DNA of 64,000 bases from Myxococcota bacterium (GTDB lineage: Bacteria; Myxococcota_A; UBA9160; UBA6930). The stretch covers positions 3,488,001 through 3,552,000 of the forward strand of contig OZ245015.1 in NCBI GenBank assembly GCA_965223705.1, in the 5' to 3' direction. Shown one piece after another: positions 30,048-38,828 of this stretch. The translations under genes and the position numbers were made by a program. Positions within the stretch are counted from its first letter, which is position 1, and every line of letters begins with the position of its first letter. The notes under the pieces were generated by a model. It did no database searches. It was given only the letters and a program-made list of their open reading frames with translations, and was not told where the DNA came from.

Positions 30048-30623
30048 TTAGGACCTTTCCAGATAACCGCGGACGAGCGAGTGCACGGTGTGAACGACCT
30101 GACGCCGATCGGCTCCCGAGAAACGCATCTGCACGATCATGTGAGCGAGTGACACAACGACCCGGGCGGCGTCGGCGAGATCGAGATTCGCAGCGACCGA
30201 ACCTTCCGCCGTGCCGCGCGCGAGGAGGCGTTCAATCCCGCGAAGCGCCTCCCGGTAGAACGCGAGGTAGTGCTCCCACAAGCCCTCCCGCACCGCGATG
30301 CTCCATTCGAGCCAGACCTGTACGTGGTGTGGATGCGAATCGATCGCGTCGCAGAAGGTCATGAGCACCGACTCGATCGCTTCGGGTGCCGACACGTCGC
30401 TCTCGAGGTGAGATTCGAGGATCTCACCGATGAGAAAGCGCGTGACCTCACGCAGTGCGGCCTCGACGAGCTCGTCCTTGGTCGGGAAGTAATGGAATAC
30501 CGTCGGAAGGGCGACCGCGGCCTCGCGCGCGAGATCGGTGTGGCTCGTTGCGCCGATTCCTTTACGCGTGAACGCACGCAGAGCGCACTGAATGAGTTGC
30601 TCACGGCGTTCGGCCGGAGCCAT
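30048..30623 (-). CDS. TetR family regulator, HapR/SmcR/LitR-like
   Basis: HTH segment GIGATSHTDLAREAAVALPTVFHYFPTKDELV and C-domain VWLEWS..REGLW. First in-frame ATG is 30623; the true start may be slightly upstream. Confidence 0.88.
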   Translation of the reverse strand: MAPAERREQLIQCALRAFTRKGIGATSHTDLAREAAVALPTVFHYFPTKDELVEAALREVTRFLIGEILESHLESDVSAPEAIESVLMTFCDAIDSHPHHVQVWLEWSIAVREGLWEHYLAFYREALRGIERLLARGTAEGSVAANLDLADAARVVVSLAHMIVQMRFSGADRRQVVHTVHSLVRGYLERS

Positions 30624-30672
30624 CCGACTGGCGCGAGCGCGCCGCTTCTCGGCAACTCGGGTGGTGATGACG

Positions 30673-31893
30673 CTACCCCTTTGCGCGCTCGATACGGACG
30701 GGCAGCGCCTTCGGTCCACGCAGGTAGAAAGCGTCGCACCACTCGATCTCGGGCGTCGTGATTTCGATGCGGGAGAAGCGGTCGAAGAGCGCGTTGACCG
30801 CGACGTCGCCCTCCACGAGTGAAAGCGCGCGACCGAGACACATGTGGACTCCCCATCCAAAAGCGAGGCTCTCACGAAGTTCGCTCCGCGTGACATCGAT
30901 CCGGTCGGCGTCGCGAAAAACCGACTCGTCACGGTTCGCGCTCGCAAACATCGGAACGACAATCGAATTCTTCGGGATGGCGACACCGGCGACCTCGGTA
31001 TCCCGCGTCGCTTGGCGAAAGATCATCTGCACGGGAGCGATGAAACGGAGGCTCTCGTCCAGAAGGCCAGACACCAGCGCGCGATCGGCCCGCACGGCCG
31101 CTTCCTGGTCCGGGAACGCGCGAAGACAGACCAGTAGGTTGGAGAGCAGGTTGGTCGTCGTTTCATTCCCCGCGATGAGGAGCAGTACGCACATGGCGAG
31201 CACCTCGTCCTCCGAGAGTTTCTGGCCATCCTCTTCGGCCGCGACGAGGGCCGAGATCAGATCGTCGCCCCGTTCCTTTCGGGAACGCTCGATCCGATCG
31301 AGGAAGTAGGCGCGGAACTCGTCGGCATCGCCCCGGATTTCCGCTCTCTGGCTATGGTTGAGCGCTTCGGCGTTCCCCCCGGCGGTCACGCTGTTCGACC
31401 AACGCCGAAAGGAAGCGTGCATCCCGCTCTCCACACCCAACATGTCGGCGATCACCGACACGGGAAGCGGAGCCGCGAACTCGCCGGTGAAGTCGAACTC
31501 GCCCTTTTCCTCGAGCACGTCGAGGAACTCCGCTACGCGTCGTGCGATCTCGTCGCGCATGCCGGTGACGTAACGACGCGAGAAGGCTTTGTTGACCAGC
31601 CCCCGAAGACGGGAATGGTCCGGCGGGTCGGTGGCGATCATGTAGGGTGCGCCCGGCGCGGGGTCGAAGGCCCCGAACGCGATCCGGATCAACGGTGCCG
31701 AGGAGAAGCACTCGTGGTCGAGGAGCACCCGGCGGACGTCCGCGTGACGGCTCACCGCCCAGGCGTCGAGGCCCGGCAAGTGCTTGACCGGCTCGTGGGC
31801 GCGCAAGTGAGCGTAGTAGGGATAAGGATCGGATCGAACCACCGGAGAGAGCGGGTCGTACTCGGCGAGGGTATCGGGGTCAGGTGCCGCCAT
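30673..31893 (-). CDS. Cytochrome P450
   Basis: AGNETT, DESLR, FGWGVHMCLG. AGGAGG RBS. Confidence 0.95.
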   Translation of the reverse strand: MAAPDPDTLAEYDPLSPVVRSDPYPYYAHLRAHEPVKHLPGLDAWAVSRHADVRRVLLDHECFSSAPLIRIAFGAFDPAPGAPYMIATDPPDHSRLRGLVNKAFSRRYVTGMRDEIARRVAEFLDVLEEKGEFDFTGEFAAPLPVSVIADMLGVESGMHASFRRWSNSVTAGGNAEALNHSQRAEIRGDADEFRAYFLDRIERSRKERGDDLISALVAAEEDGQKLSEDEVLAMCVLLLIAGNETTTNLLSNLLVCLRAFPDQEAAVRADRALVSGLLDESLRFIAPVQMIFRQATRDTEVAGVAIPKNSIVVPMFASANRDESVFRDADRIDVTRSELRESLAFGWGVHMCLGRALSLVEGDVAVNALFDRFSRIEITTPEIEWCDAFYLRGPKALPVRIERAKG

Positions 31894-31927
31894 GTGTCTC
31901 CTCCTGTGACCGAGTCACCGTACGCGC

Positions 31928-31977
31928 TATTGAAGTCATCATCAATAAAAAATGTGCAGAGTGGGATACGTCCCACT
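31928..31977. promoter_or_regulatory. Two palindromic operator-like sites in an AT-rich divergent promoter region
   Basis: TATTGA-N8-TCAATA (31928-31947) and AGTGGGA-TACG-TCCCACT (31960-31977). Confidence 0.6.
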
Positions 31978-32062
31978 TTTTCAATGGACAGCTTTGTGGT
32001 TGCGGTCCCACCAGCTCCGGCAGAACAATCGAGTCGCCGTTGCCCCGGACGGGAGAAGCGTC

Positions 32063-33469
32063 GTGACCGATTCCCGCAGCCCCGAGCCCACCCTCCTCGA
32101 TGCGATCGCCGGCTACTGCCGCGCCACCGGCCTCGCGGAGTCGACCTTCGGCCGGCAGGCGGTAAACGACGGCAAATTCGTTGCCCGGCTCCGGAATGGA
32201 TCGCGCATCACGCCCGAGACGCTGACTCGCGTCACCGAGTTTCTCCGCGAACACGGGGGGCCGGAGACCAGCGCGACACCACCCGAACTGATGCCCCTAC
32301 TCAAGGTCGCTTCGCCCGATCGAGCCGCGGACGGAGCCGGTGCCGCCCCGGAACGATCGTTTCGGTTCTTCGACAATCGCCAAAAGTATCTGCTGTTCGT
32401 CAACACCTGCGGTGAAAAAGAGGTCGTCGCTCAACGGGTCGGTCACGAGCTCAGCCACGTTCACCCGGAGCCACCGGCGCTGCGCGTTTTTGACGCGGGG
32501 ATGGGCGACGGCTCGGTGCTCGCAAACGTGATGCGCGAGATGCACCGTCGCTTCCCGACGATGCCCTTCTACATCGTCGGCAAGGAGATCAGCCTGGAAG
32601 ACGTTCGGCTCTCTTTGCAGAAGGCCGTCGATCGCTTCGCCGAACACCCGGCCACGGTGCTGGTCGTGACCAACATGTACTACTCCGAGGCCCCGTGGCT
32701 CACGCCCAAGAAAGTCGAAGCCGCGACCTCGATGACGTGGGAAGAGGTCCCGCTCTCGGGCACCACAGCGCATGATTTCGCCGAGCAGATCAACGCCCTC
32801 GAGCCGCTGTTGACGGATTCCTGGAAAGCGCGGCACAGCCCGCGGACAGGCAACCCCATCTACGAACGCCCGACGGCGCTGGTTCTCTACCGAGAGGACT
32901 ATCGCTTTCTTCTGAACGACGTCATCCCGAAGCGAGGCGCTGCGTTGGCGGATTTCGATCTGGTGATCGCTTCGCAGCCCTACCGCGCGCGCGTGAGCGC
33001 GGAATTCAAAGCGCAAAAAGTCATCGCGCCGTTGGTGCGCGCCCTTCGACCCGGCGGCCGTCTGATCGGCATTCACTCGTGCGGCGACGACCCCGGACTC
33101 GAAATCGTCCAACAGGTCTGGCCCGGCGAGGATCCGTTCATCAACGGGCGACACGATGTACTGCGCGCGCTCAAGTCCGAGCTCGGGCGCGACGCGCGTC
33201 GTTACAACTTCAATGCCTACTCGGACGCCCGAGCGCGCTTCCGCTACGAGATGCACACGCTGCCGAGCGAGGTGGAGTCGAGTATCGGCACCTCGACCCT
33301 CTTCGCCGCGTGGAACGCCGCCGTGTACGTCGCCCAAATCGACGACGAGCGGCTCGGCGCCGTCATGGGCGACCGAGGTTACTTGGACGCGACTCGCGAC
33401 GTGCTCCGACGCCACGCCAAGTTGTGGTTCCGGGATGAGTCCTACACCGTCTCGCGCAAGCGGGATTGA
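32063..33469 (+). CDS. Hypothetical protein: N-terminal Cro-like HTH fused to a class I SAM-dependent methyltransferase-like domain
   Basis: N-terminus LLDAIAGYCRATGLAESTFGRQAVNDGKFVARLRNGSRITPETLTRVTEFL; motif I-like VFDAGMGDG, acidic GKEIS, FDLVIASQPY, ALRPGGRLI. GTG 32063 follows GGGAGA. Confidence 0.72.
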   Translation: MTDSRSPEPTLLDAIAGYCRATGLAESTFGRQAVNDGKFVARLRNGSRITPETLTRVTEFLREHGGPETSATPPELMPLLKVASPDRAADGAGAAPERSFRFFDNRQKYLLFVNTCGEKEVVAQRVGHELSHVHPEPPALRVFDAGMGDGSVLANVMREMHRRFPTMPFYIVGKEISLEDVRLSLQKAVDRFAEHPATVLVVTNMYYSEAPWLTPKKVEAATSMTWEEVPLSGTTAHDFAEQINALEPLLTDSWKARHSPRTGNPIYERPTALVLYREDYRFLLNDVIPKRGAALADFDLVIASQPYRARVSAEFKAQKVIAPLVRALRPGGRLIGIHSCGDDPGLEIVQQVWPGEDPFINGRHDVLRALKSELGRDARRYNFNAYSDARARFRYEMHTLPSEVESSIGTSTLFAAWNAAVYVAQIDDERLGAVMGDRGYLDATRDVLRRHAKLWFRDESYTVSRKRD

Positions 33470-33479
33470 GGCCGGCGAT

Positions 33480-34373
33480 TTGACCGAGAGCGCGGAGGCT
33501 CGAGCGGAAGAACGAGGACGACCTTCGCGAATTCGCGACATCAAGGCGCGGCTCGTCGCACGCGGATCGGTCGAAGTCGCTGCGGGCCGGCTCCGAAAGC
33601 TCGGCGAGTCGGTGCCGCTTCTCCCGGAAGGCTGCTCTGCGTACGTGCCCGCTCTGCCGGGTCAATCCTTCGACACGACCCTCGCGACGATCACCGCCCT
33701 TCGCGCCGCGGGGCTTCACCCGGTCCCGCATCTCGCCGCGCGCCAGGTCACATCGCGCGACGCCCTCCGAGCGTTCCTGCGCTCAGCGGTACGCGAAGCC
33801 GGAGTTCGCCGGGTCATGTTGGTCGGAGGGGATTCGCGAGAGTCGGGAATCTACCGCGATAGTCACGAGCTGTTGCGCGACGGCGTGCTCGCGAGTGAGG
33901 GTGTCGTCGAGATCGGGCTCGCGGGCTATCCCGAGGGCCACCCCTTCCACGGCGATGGCTTGTCGCTGCTCGCTGAGAAAGTGAACCTCGCGAGCGACCA
34001 AGGGTTGGACGCCTCCGTCGTCACGCAGTTTTCCTTTGCACCCGAACGCGTCGCGGCGTTCGCGCGCGAATCGGAAGAGCGGCTTCCCCGCGTGCCGCTG
34101 CACATTGGTATCGCGGGACCCACCGATCCCGTGGCGCTGCTTCGCTACGCGAAGCGCTGCGGCGTAGACGCTTCGCGCCGGGCGGCTCGACACCTCGGTC
34201 TCGGTGCTGCGCGCCTCGCCTTTCACACCGATCCCAGCGAACAGCTCGACGAGCTCGCCCGTCTCTGCGACGAGCGGCCCCATCACTCCGTCGCGGGTGC
34301 CCACTTTTTCGGCTTTGGCGGCTTGCTGCGAACTGCGCGGTTCATGGACGGCGTCGCGCGGGCGTCCCAGTAG
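33480..34373 (+). CDS. metF: Methylenetetrahydrofolate reductase-like protein (MetF family)
   Basis: SVEV, PVPHLAAR, VGGD, AGYPEGHP, VTQFSF, GIAGP. TTG start 10 nt after the upstream stop. Confidence 0.82.
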   Translation: MTESAEARAEERGRPSRIRDIKARLVARGSVEVAAGRLRKLGESVPLLPEGCSAYVPALPGQSFDTTLATITALRAAGLHPVPHLAARQVTSRDALRAFLRSAVREAGVRRVMLVGGDSRESGIYRDSHELLRDGVLASEGVVEIGLAGYPEGHPFHGDGLSLLAEKVNLASDQGLDASVVTQFSFAPERVAAFARESEERLPRVPLHIGIAGPTDPVALLRYAKRCGVDASRRAARHLGLGAARLAFHTDPSEQLDELARLCDERPHHSVAGAHFFGFGGLLRTARFMDGVARASQ

Positions 34374-34375
34374 CT

Positions 34376-34489
34376 TCAATCGAGCTCTTCAACAAAGCGT
34401 TCGATTCGGCGTGCCACTTCCGCAGTGCCGTCGCCGAGAACGATCGTGTAGTGGTTCGTATCCGCGAGCGGTCGAACGCTCGGGACGCC
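34376..34489 (-). pseudogene. C-terminal remnant of an alpha/beta hydrolase
   Basis: Translates as GVPSVRPLADTNHYTIVLGDGTAEVARRIERFVEELD*, with an NHYTI catalytic-His-type motif and a terminal helix. No start codon. Confidence 0.5.
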
Positions 34490-34969
34490 CTACTCGGTTC
34501 CGTCTCTCATCTTCTCCGCAGCGGCAAGAACGGAATCGACGATGAAGTGATACCCGGTACAGCGACACAGGTTTCCTGCGATGGCGTGACGCACGTCGCC
34601 CTCACTGGGATTCGGGTTGTCGCGCAAGAGCTGGAGCGACGAGAGAATCATCCCCGGCGTGCAGTAGCCACACTGAAGCCCTTGGTGCGTCGCGAAGGCC
34701 TCTTGCACCGGATGGAGCGCCGCTCCGTCCGCAACGCCTTCGATCGTCATCACGTCTTGCCCGTTGGCGTCGAGCGCGAGAACACAGCACGACTTTGTCG
34801 TTTCCCCGTTCAGCATCACGGTGCAAGCCCCACAGCTGCCTGTACCGCACCCGATGTGAGTGCCCGTCAGACGCAGTTCATCACGAAGGACTTCGGCCAG
34901 CACGGCGCGCGAATCGACGAGAAGCTGCTCGCGGCGCCCGTTTACGGTCAATTCGAGGACGGACTTCAA
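34490..34969 (-). CDS. (2Fe-2S)-binding small subunit, CoxS/CutS family
   Basis: GCGTGSCGACTV, QCGYCTPGM, GNLCRCTGY. Confidence 0.94.
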   Translation of the reverse strand: MKSVLELTVNGRREQLLVDSRAVLAEVLRDELRLTGTHIGCGTGSCGACTVMLNGETTKSCCVLALDANGQDVMTIEGVADGAALHPVQEAFATHQGLQCGYCTPGMILSSLQLLRDNPNPSEGDVRHAIAGNLCRCTGYHFIVDSVLAAAEKMRDGTE

Positions 34970-35820
34970 GCGTCGCTCCCGGATCGTTCGAGCGCCTTGC
35001 GAAGCGCTCGCTGGCTATAGAGGCGCGCCATCTCTCGGCGGTACGGTGTGCTTCCGTTGAGATCCTCAAGTGCCGATGCCGCCGCCGCAAACGCGCGCTC
35101 GCCAACCGCGGCGAACGCCTCATCGTTCGGGTCGGACGCGACGACATCCGAAACATCCAGCAAGACCGGGATGGGGCCTACGCCGCCCAGCGCGACCCGA
35201 GCCCGGCGGCCGGGCTCGAACAGAGCCGACGCGGTCACGATCGGGAAAGCGCCCTCGACACGACGCAGCCGTTCGTGAGCGGTCCCGGCGTCCGCGGACA
35301 CTTTCGGAATCTCTACCTCGACCAATAGCTCGTCGGGCGAGAGGCACGTGGTCATGATGTCCGTAAAGAAATCGTACGCTTCGACCACGCGCTCTTCGCC
35401 CTGGCGGGCGAGTCGAAAACGTGCGCCGAGGACGAGCATCGCCGGCGGGTAATCGGCCGCCGGGTCGGCGTGGGCGAGGCTGCCACCGAGGGTGCCCCGA
35501 TTCCGAATCTGGACATCGCCGATACTCGCGGCGGCTTCCGCAAGCAGGGACGCGTGCGTCCGAATCAGCGGATCCGTTGCGACGCTCTTGTGCCGAAGCA
35601 GCGCACCGAGGTGGAGCGTACCGGACGCCTCCTTCACACCGTCTAAACCGGGAAGATGATTGAGGCTCACCACTGCGGACGGGTGGGCCAAACCGAGGCC
35701 CATGACGGGAACCAGGCTCATGCCCCCGGCGAGGACCTTGGCTTCATCGTGACGCGCCAACAGCTCGAGCGCTTCATCGAGCGCTTGTGGCGCGAAGAAC
35801 TCGAATTCGGCGCCGATCAC
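34966..35820 (-). CDS. FAD-binding medium subunit, CoxM/CutM family
   Basis: LAGGMSLVP, QIRNRGTLGGSLAHADPAAD. GTG 35820 overlaps the large-subunit stop. Confidence 0.92.
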   Translation of the reverse strand: MIGAEFEFFAPQALDEALELLARHDEAKVLAGGMSLVPVMGLGLAHPSAVVSLNHLPGLDGVKEASGTLHLGALLRHKSVATDPLIRTHASLLAEAAASIGDVQIRNRGTLGGSLAHADPAADYPPAMLVLGARFRLARQGEERVVEAYDFFTDIMTTCLSPDELLVEVEIPKVSADAGTAHERLRRVEGAFPIVTASALFEPGRRARVALGGVGPIPVLLDVSDVVASDPNDEAFAAVGERAFAAAASALEDLNGSTPYRREMARLYSQRALRKALERSGSDA

Positions 35821-38201
35821 GCCGAGCGCTCCTGCGCTTTGGCGATCGCCGCCCATAGCTTCTCAGGTGTCAAGGGCAACGCGTCGATGCGAACGTCAAA
35901 CTCTGCGAGCGCACTCTCGATCGCGCCGCACAGTGCTCCCAGTGGACCACTGACGCCCGACTCGCCGACGCCCTTCATGCCGAGAGGCGAAAACGGCGAA
36001 GGCGTCTCCTGGTGCGCGATCTCATACTTCGGCAACTCGACTGCCGTCGGGAGCGTGTAGTCCATGAATGTCGTGGTGAGGAGCTGCCCGCCTTCGTCGT
36101 AGACAAGCTGTTCGTAGAGTGCGCCGCCGATTCCCTGCGCCGTGGCGCCGTGAACATTGGCTTCGGCCGTCAGCGGATTGATGACAACTCCGGAGTCGTG
36201 CACGCCGCAGTAGCGGAGCACCTTCACCATGCCGGTCTCCGGATCGACCTCGACGATGCAGGCCACGGATTGGTTCGGCCACGCGGGGTACGCGTTGTAG
36301 CGCCCCTGGGTCTCGGGCTGGTGGTAGATGTTGCCGTGCCGGAAATAGCGCGTCGATTCGAGCCCGGGCTCTTCTTCCAGAGCCGCCGCTCCGTGGCAAT
36401 CGCGGTAGACCTCGGAGACGACATCCTTGATGGAAATGAACCGCGCCGGCGCGCCCCGGAGGACGATCCGTCCGCGCTCGACCTCGAGGTCTTCCGTCGC
36501 AACTTCGAGCATTCTTCCCGCGACGCGCAGGAGCTTCTCCCGGAGTTCTGTCGCGGCCATGTGTGCCGCCGAGCCACCCATCATCACGCCTCGTGAGCTG
36601 TAGTTGCCGAGCCCGTAGGGGCAGCTTTCTGTGTCGCCCTGAATGACGCGCACTTGCTCGAGATCGACACCCAAGGTGTCGGCGGTGATTTGAGCGATGG
36701 CGGTCTCGTTGCCGCTGCCCGGCGACGTCACGCCGGTCAGGACGGTGACTTCGGACGAAGGACTGATGCGCACCGTGGCGCCGTCGTATGCGCCGAACAT
36801 CTGGGAACCCGAAAGTCCGCAGCCCTCGGGCGTGAGTTCTTGTCCCAAACCGATGCCGACAAATCGACCTTCGGCGCGTGCCTCCGCCTGCAGCTTCGGG
36901 AACCCTTCGTAGTCGACCAGCTCGAGCAAGCTTCGAAGCGCCTTCGGGTAGTCGCCGCTATCGATGACCGCGCCGGAGTTCTGCGGGTAGGGAAACTCAT
37001 CGGGCTGGATGAAGTTGCGCAGTCGAACCTCCGCCCGGTCGAGCCCCGTCTCACGCGACACGGCGTCCATCACGCGGTCCATCAAGAACGCGCAGGATTC
37101 TTTGCCGTAGCCGCGGTAGGCGTTCCAAGGACACTTGTTCGTCGCGACGGAAAACAACTCGACGTCTGTGTTCTTGATCTTGTACGCCCCCGGAAGGGCG
37201 AACGCCGTCACGAAGGACATCCCCCACCCCGCCAGTGCGGAAGGTGCGCCGACGTCGGCGACGTAGCGAACACGTAGCGCGGTCACGCGGCCGTCCGCCT
37301 CGTAGGCAGCCGACCAGCGGAAATGGCCCTCTCGCGCGTGGCCCCCGGCGAGGAGATCCTCGTGGCGCTCGGCGACCCAGCGCACCGGGCGGCCGAGCAG
37401 GCGAGAGAGTTGTGCGATGAGGGGTTCTTCCTGGAAGTACGGAATCTTCAAGCCGAATGCACCGCCGACATTCGGCTGCACGACGCGCACGCGGTTCTCG
37501 GCCAAGCCGAGGGTCGCCGCGAGGAGGGTACGCAGCGGGTGCGGGTTTTGGGTCGACGCCCAGAATGTGAGCTCGCCTCGATGCGGGTCGTAGTCCGCCA
37601 AATAGGCGCGCGGTTCGAGTGCAGCGCCGGTGTAGCGGTGATGACGCAGCTCGCCTTCCACTGCGTGTGGGGCCTGAGCAAACGCGGCGTCGACATCACC
37701 GGCTTCAAACCGCGTGTGGAAGAGCACGTTATCGCCCCAGTCGGGCTCGACCAACGCCGACCCTTCCTCGAGCGCACGGTGCGCATCGACGACGGCTTCG
37801 CTTTCCTCGTAGTCGATGTCGACGAGCGATGCGGCGTGCTTCGCGGTGTAGGGATCGTCGGCCACCACCGCGACGACCCCCTCTCCCGAGAACCGGACGC
37901 GGCCGCGCGCAAGCGGATACACGCCGGCCTTCTTGTAATCGACGCCGGCTCCCATCGCCTCGACATCGAGAGGCGCGATTTGTTCGGCGATTTCGTCGCC
38001 GGTCACGACGAGAAGGACGCCGGGGATGTCCTTCGCCTCACGGCTGTCGATGCTGCGGATCCTCCCGGCGGCGATCGGCGCGCGCACGATCGAGACGTGG
38101 GCCATGCGGTCGAGCTTGACGTCTGCCACGTAGGTCCCTGCGCCGGCGACGAGCTTCCGGCTCGTCATCGCGGGGACGTGGGCTCCGACGAGGGGCTTCA
38201 T
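35817..38201 (-). CDS. Xanthine dehydrogenase family molybdopterin-binding large subunit (CoxL-like; not form I CO dehydrogenase)
   Basis: VGGAFGLK, AYRGYG, GNYSSRG, GMKGVGESG. ATGA overlap with the cupin gene. Confidence 0.92.
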   Translation of the reverse strand: MKPLVGAHVPAMTSRKLVAGAGTYVADVKLDRMAHVSIVRAPIAAGRIRSIDSREAKDIPGVLLVVTGDEIAEQIAPLDVEAMGAGVDYKKAGVYPLARGRVRFSGEGVVAVVADDPYTAKHAASLVDIDYEESEAVVDAHRALEEGSALVEPDWGDNVLFHTRFEAGDVDAAFAQAPHAVEGELRHHRYTGAALEPRAYLADYDPHRGELTFWASTQNPHPLRTLLAATLGLAENRVRVVQPNVGGAFGLKIPYFQEEPLIAQLSRLLGRPVRWVAERHEDLLAGGHAREGHFRWSAAYEADGRVTALRVRYVADVGAPSALAGWGMSFVTAFALPGAYKIKNTDVELFSVATNKCPWNAYRGYGKESCAFLMDRVMDAVSRETGLDRAEVRLRNFIQPDEFPYPQNSGAVIDSGDYPKALRSLLELVDYEGFPKLQAEARAEGRFVGIGLGQELTPEGCGLSGSQMFGAYDGATVRISPSSEVTVLTGVTSPGSGNETAIAQITADTLGVDLEQVRVIQGDTESCPYGLGNYSSRGVMMGGSAAHMAATELREKLLRVAGRMLEVATEDLEVERGRIVLRGAPARFISIKDVVSEVYRDCHGAAALEEEPGLESTRYFRHGNIYHQPETQGRYNAYPAWPNQSVACIVEVDPETGMVKVLRYCGVHDSGVVINPLTAEANVHGATAQGIGGALYEQLVYDEGGQLLTTTFMDYTLPTAVELPKYEIAHQETPSPFSPLGMKGVGESGVSGPLGALCGAIESALAEFDVRIDALPLTPEKLWAAIAKAQERSA

Positions 38202-38734
38202 GCGAGGGGCGCCGCGTTCACCAAGATGAAGGCGACACGACACGGCGCATCGTTCCGAACGCTCCAAGAATGCATCGTTCCGCGCTGCACGAGCACGTCC
38301 CCCGCTTTGAGGCAGGTCTCGCCCTCTTCCATCACCGCCCAGACTTCGCCTTCGAGGACGATGGCGTAGTCCGTCGTCGTGGTGACGTGCATCATCGGAT
38401 CGTCGCTGCCTTCGGCGACGGCGTGTCCCGCGCCGATCGAATCGAACCCTTCGTGCCCGGACGTGACGTTGTCCTTCCAAGTCGAATCCGGAGGAAATTC
38501 GACGACGCGAAAGACCGTGCCGTTCGGCGGTGGCTCGAGGCGGATCGGTCGGTCGGCGTTGTCCGCGTCGCCGCTGTTGTCCGCGGGGGCGCCCTTCGTC
38601 TCCCAAAGGTCGGTCACGAGGAGCCCGGGCATCGCAGCCATCTCCATAGAATTCGGCGCCGGGCCGTCTTTCAAGATGATGGATTTACCCTGTGCGTTGT
38701 GACCCGTGATAACGCGTCGGACTTGCTTTGCCAT
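38198..38734 (-). CDS. Cupin domain protein
   Basis: VRRVITGHNAQGKS, MHVTTTTDYAIVLEGE, GDVLVQRGTMHSW. AGGAGA RBS. Confidence 0.9.
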   Translation of the reverse strand: MAKQVRRVITGHNAQGKSIILKDGPAPNSMEMAAMPGLLVTDLWETKGAPADNSGDADNADRPIRLEPPPNGTVFRVVEFPPDSTWKDNVTSGHEGFDSIGAGHAVAEGSDDPMMHVTTTTDYAIVLEGEVWAVMEEGETCLKAGDVLVQRGTMHSWSVRNDAPCRVAFILVNAAPLA

Positions 38735-38828
38735 GATCTCTCCTAACCCTGACGGCGGGCATCCAGCGCGCCGTTTGCTTTGCACTCACACGCTGGCGCA
38801 GGACGCCGAGCGCTGCCAGAGGAGACCC

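Noticed and set aside
34376..34492. Programmed amber readthrough (e.g. pyrrolysine) extending CoxS
   Set aside because: CoxS is already full length at the TAG. An in-frame tail has a one-in-three chance, no pyl genes are seen, and a deletion remnant is the simpler explanation.
35817..38201. Aerobic CO dehydrogenase (coxL) call
   Set aside because: It lacks the AYxCSFR motif of form I CODH, and no coxDEFG accessory genes are present.
35817..38606. 929-aa version of the molybdoenzyme large subunit, suggesting an N-terminal fusion
   Set aside because: The extension overlaps the cupin gene in another frame. The real start is the ATG at 38201, coupled to the cupin stop.
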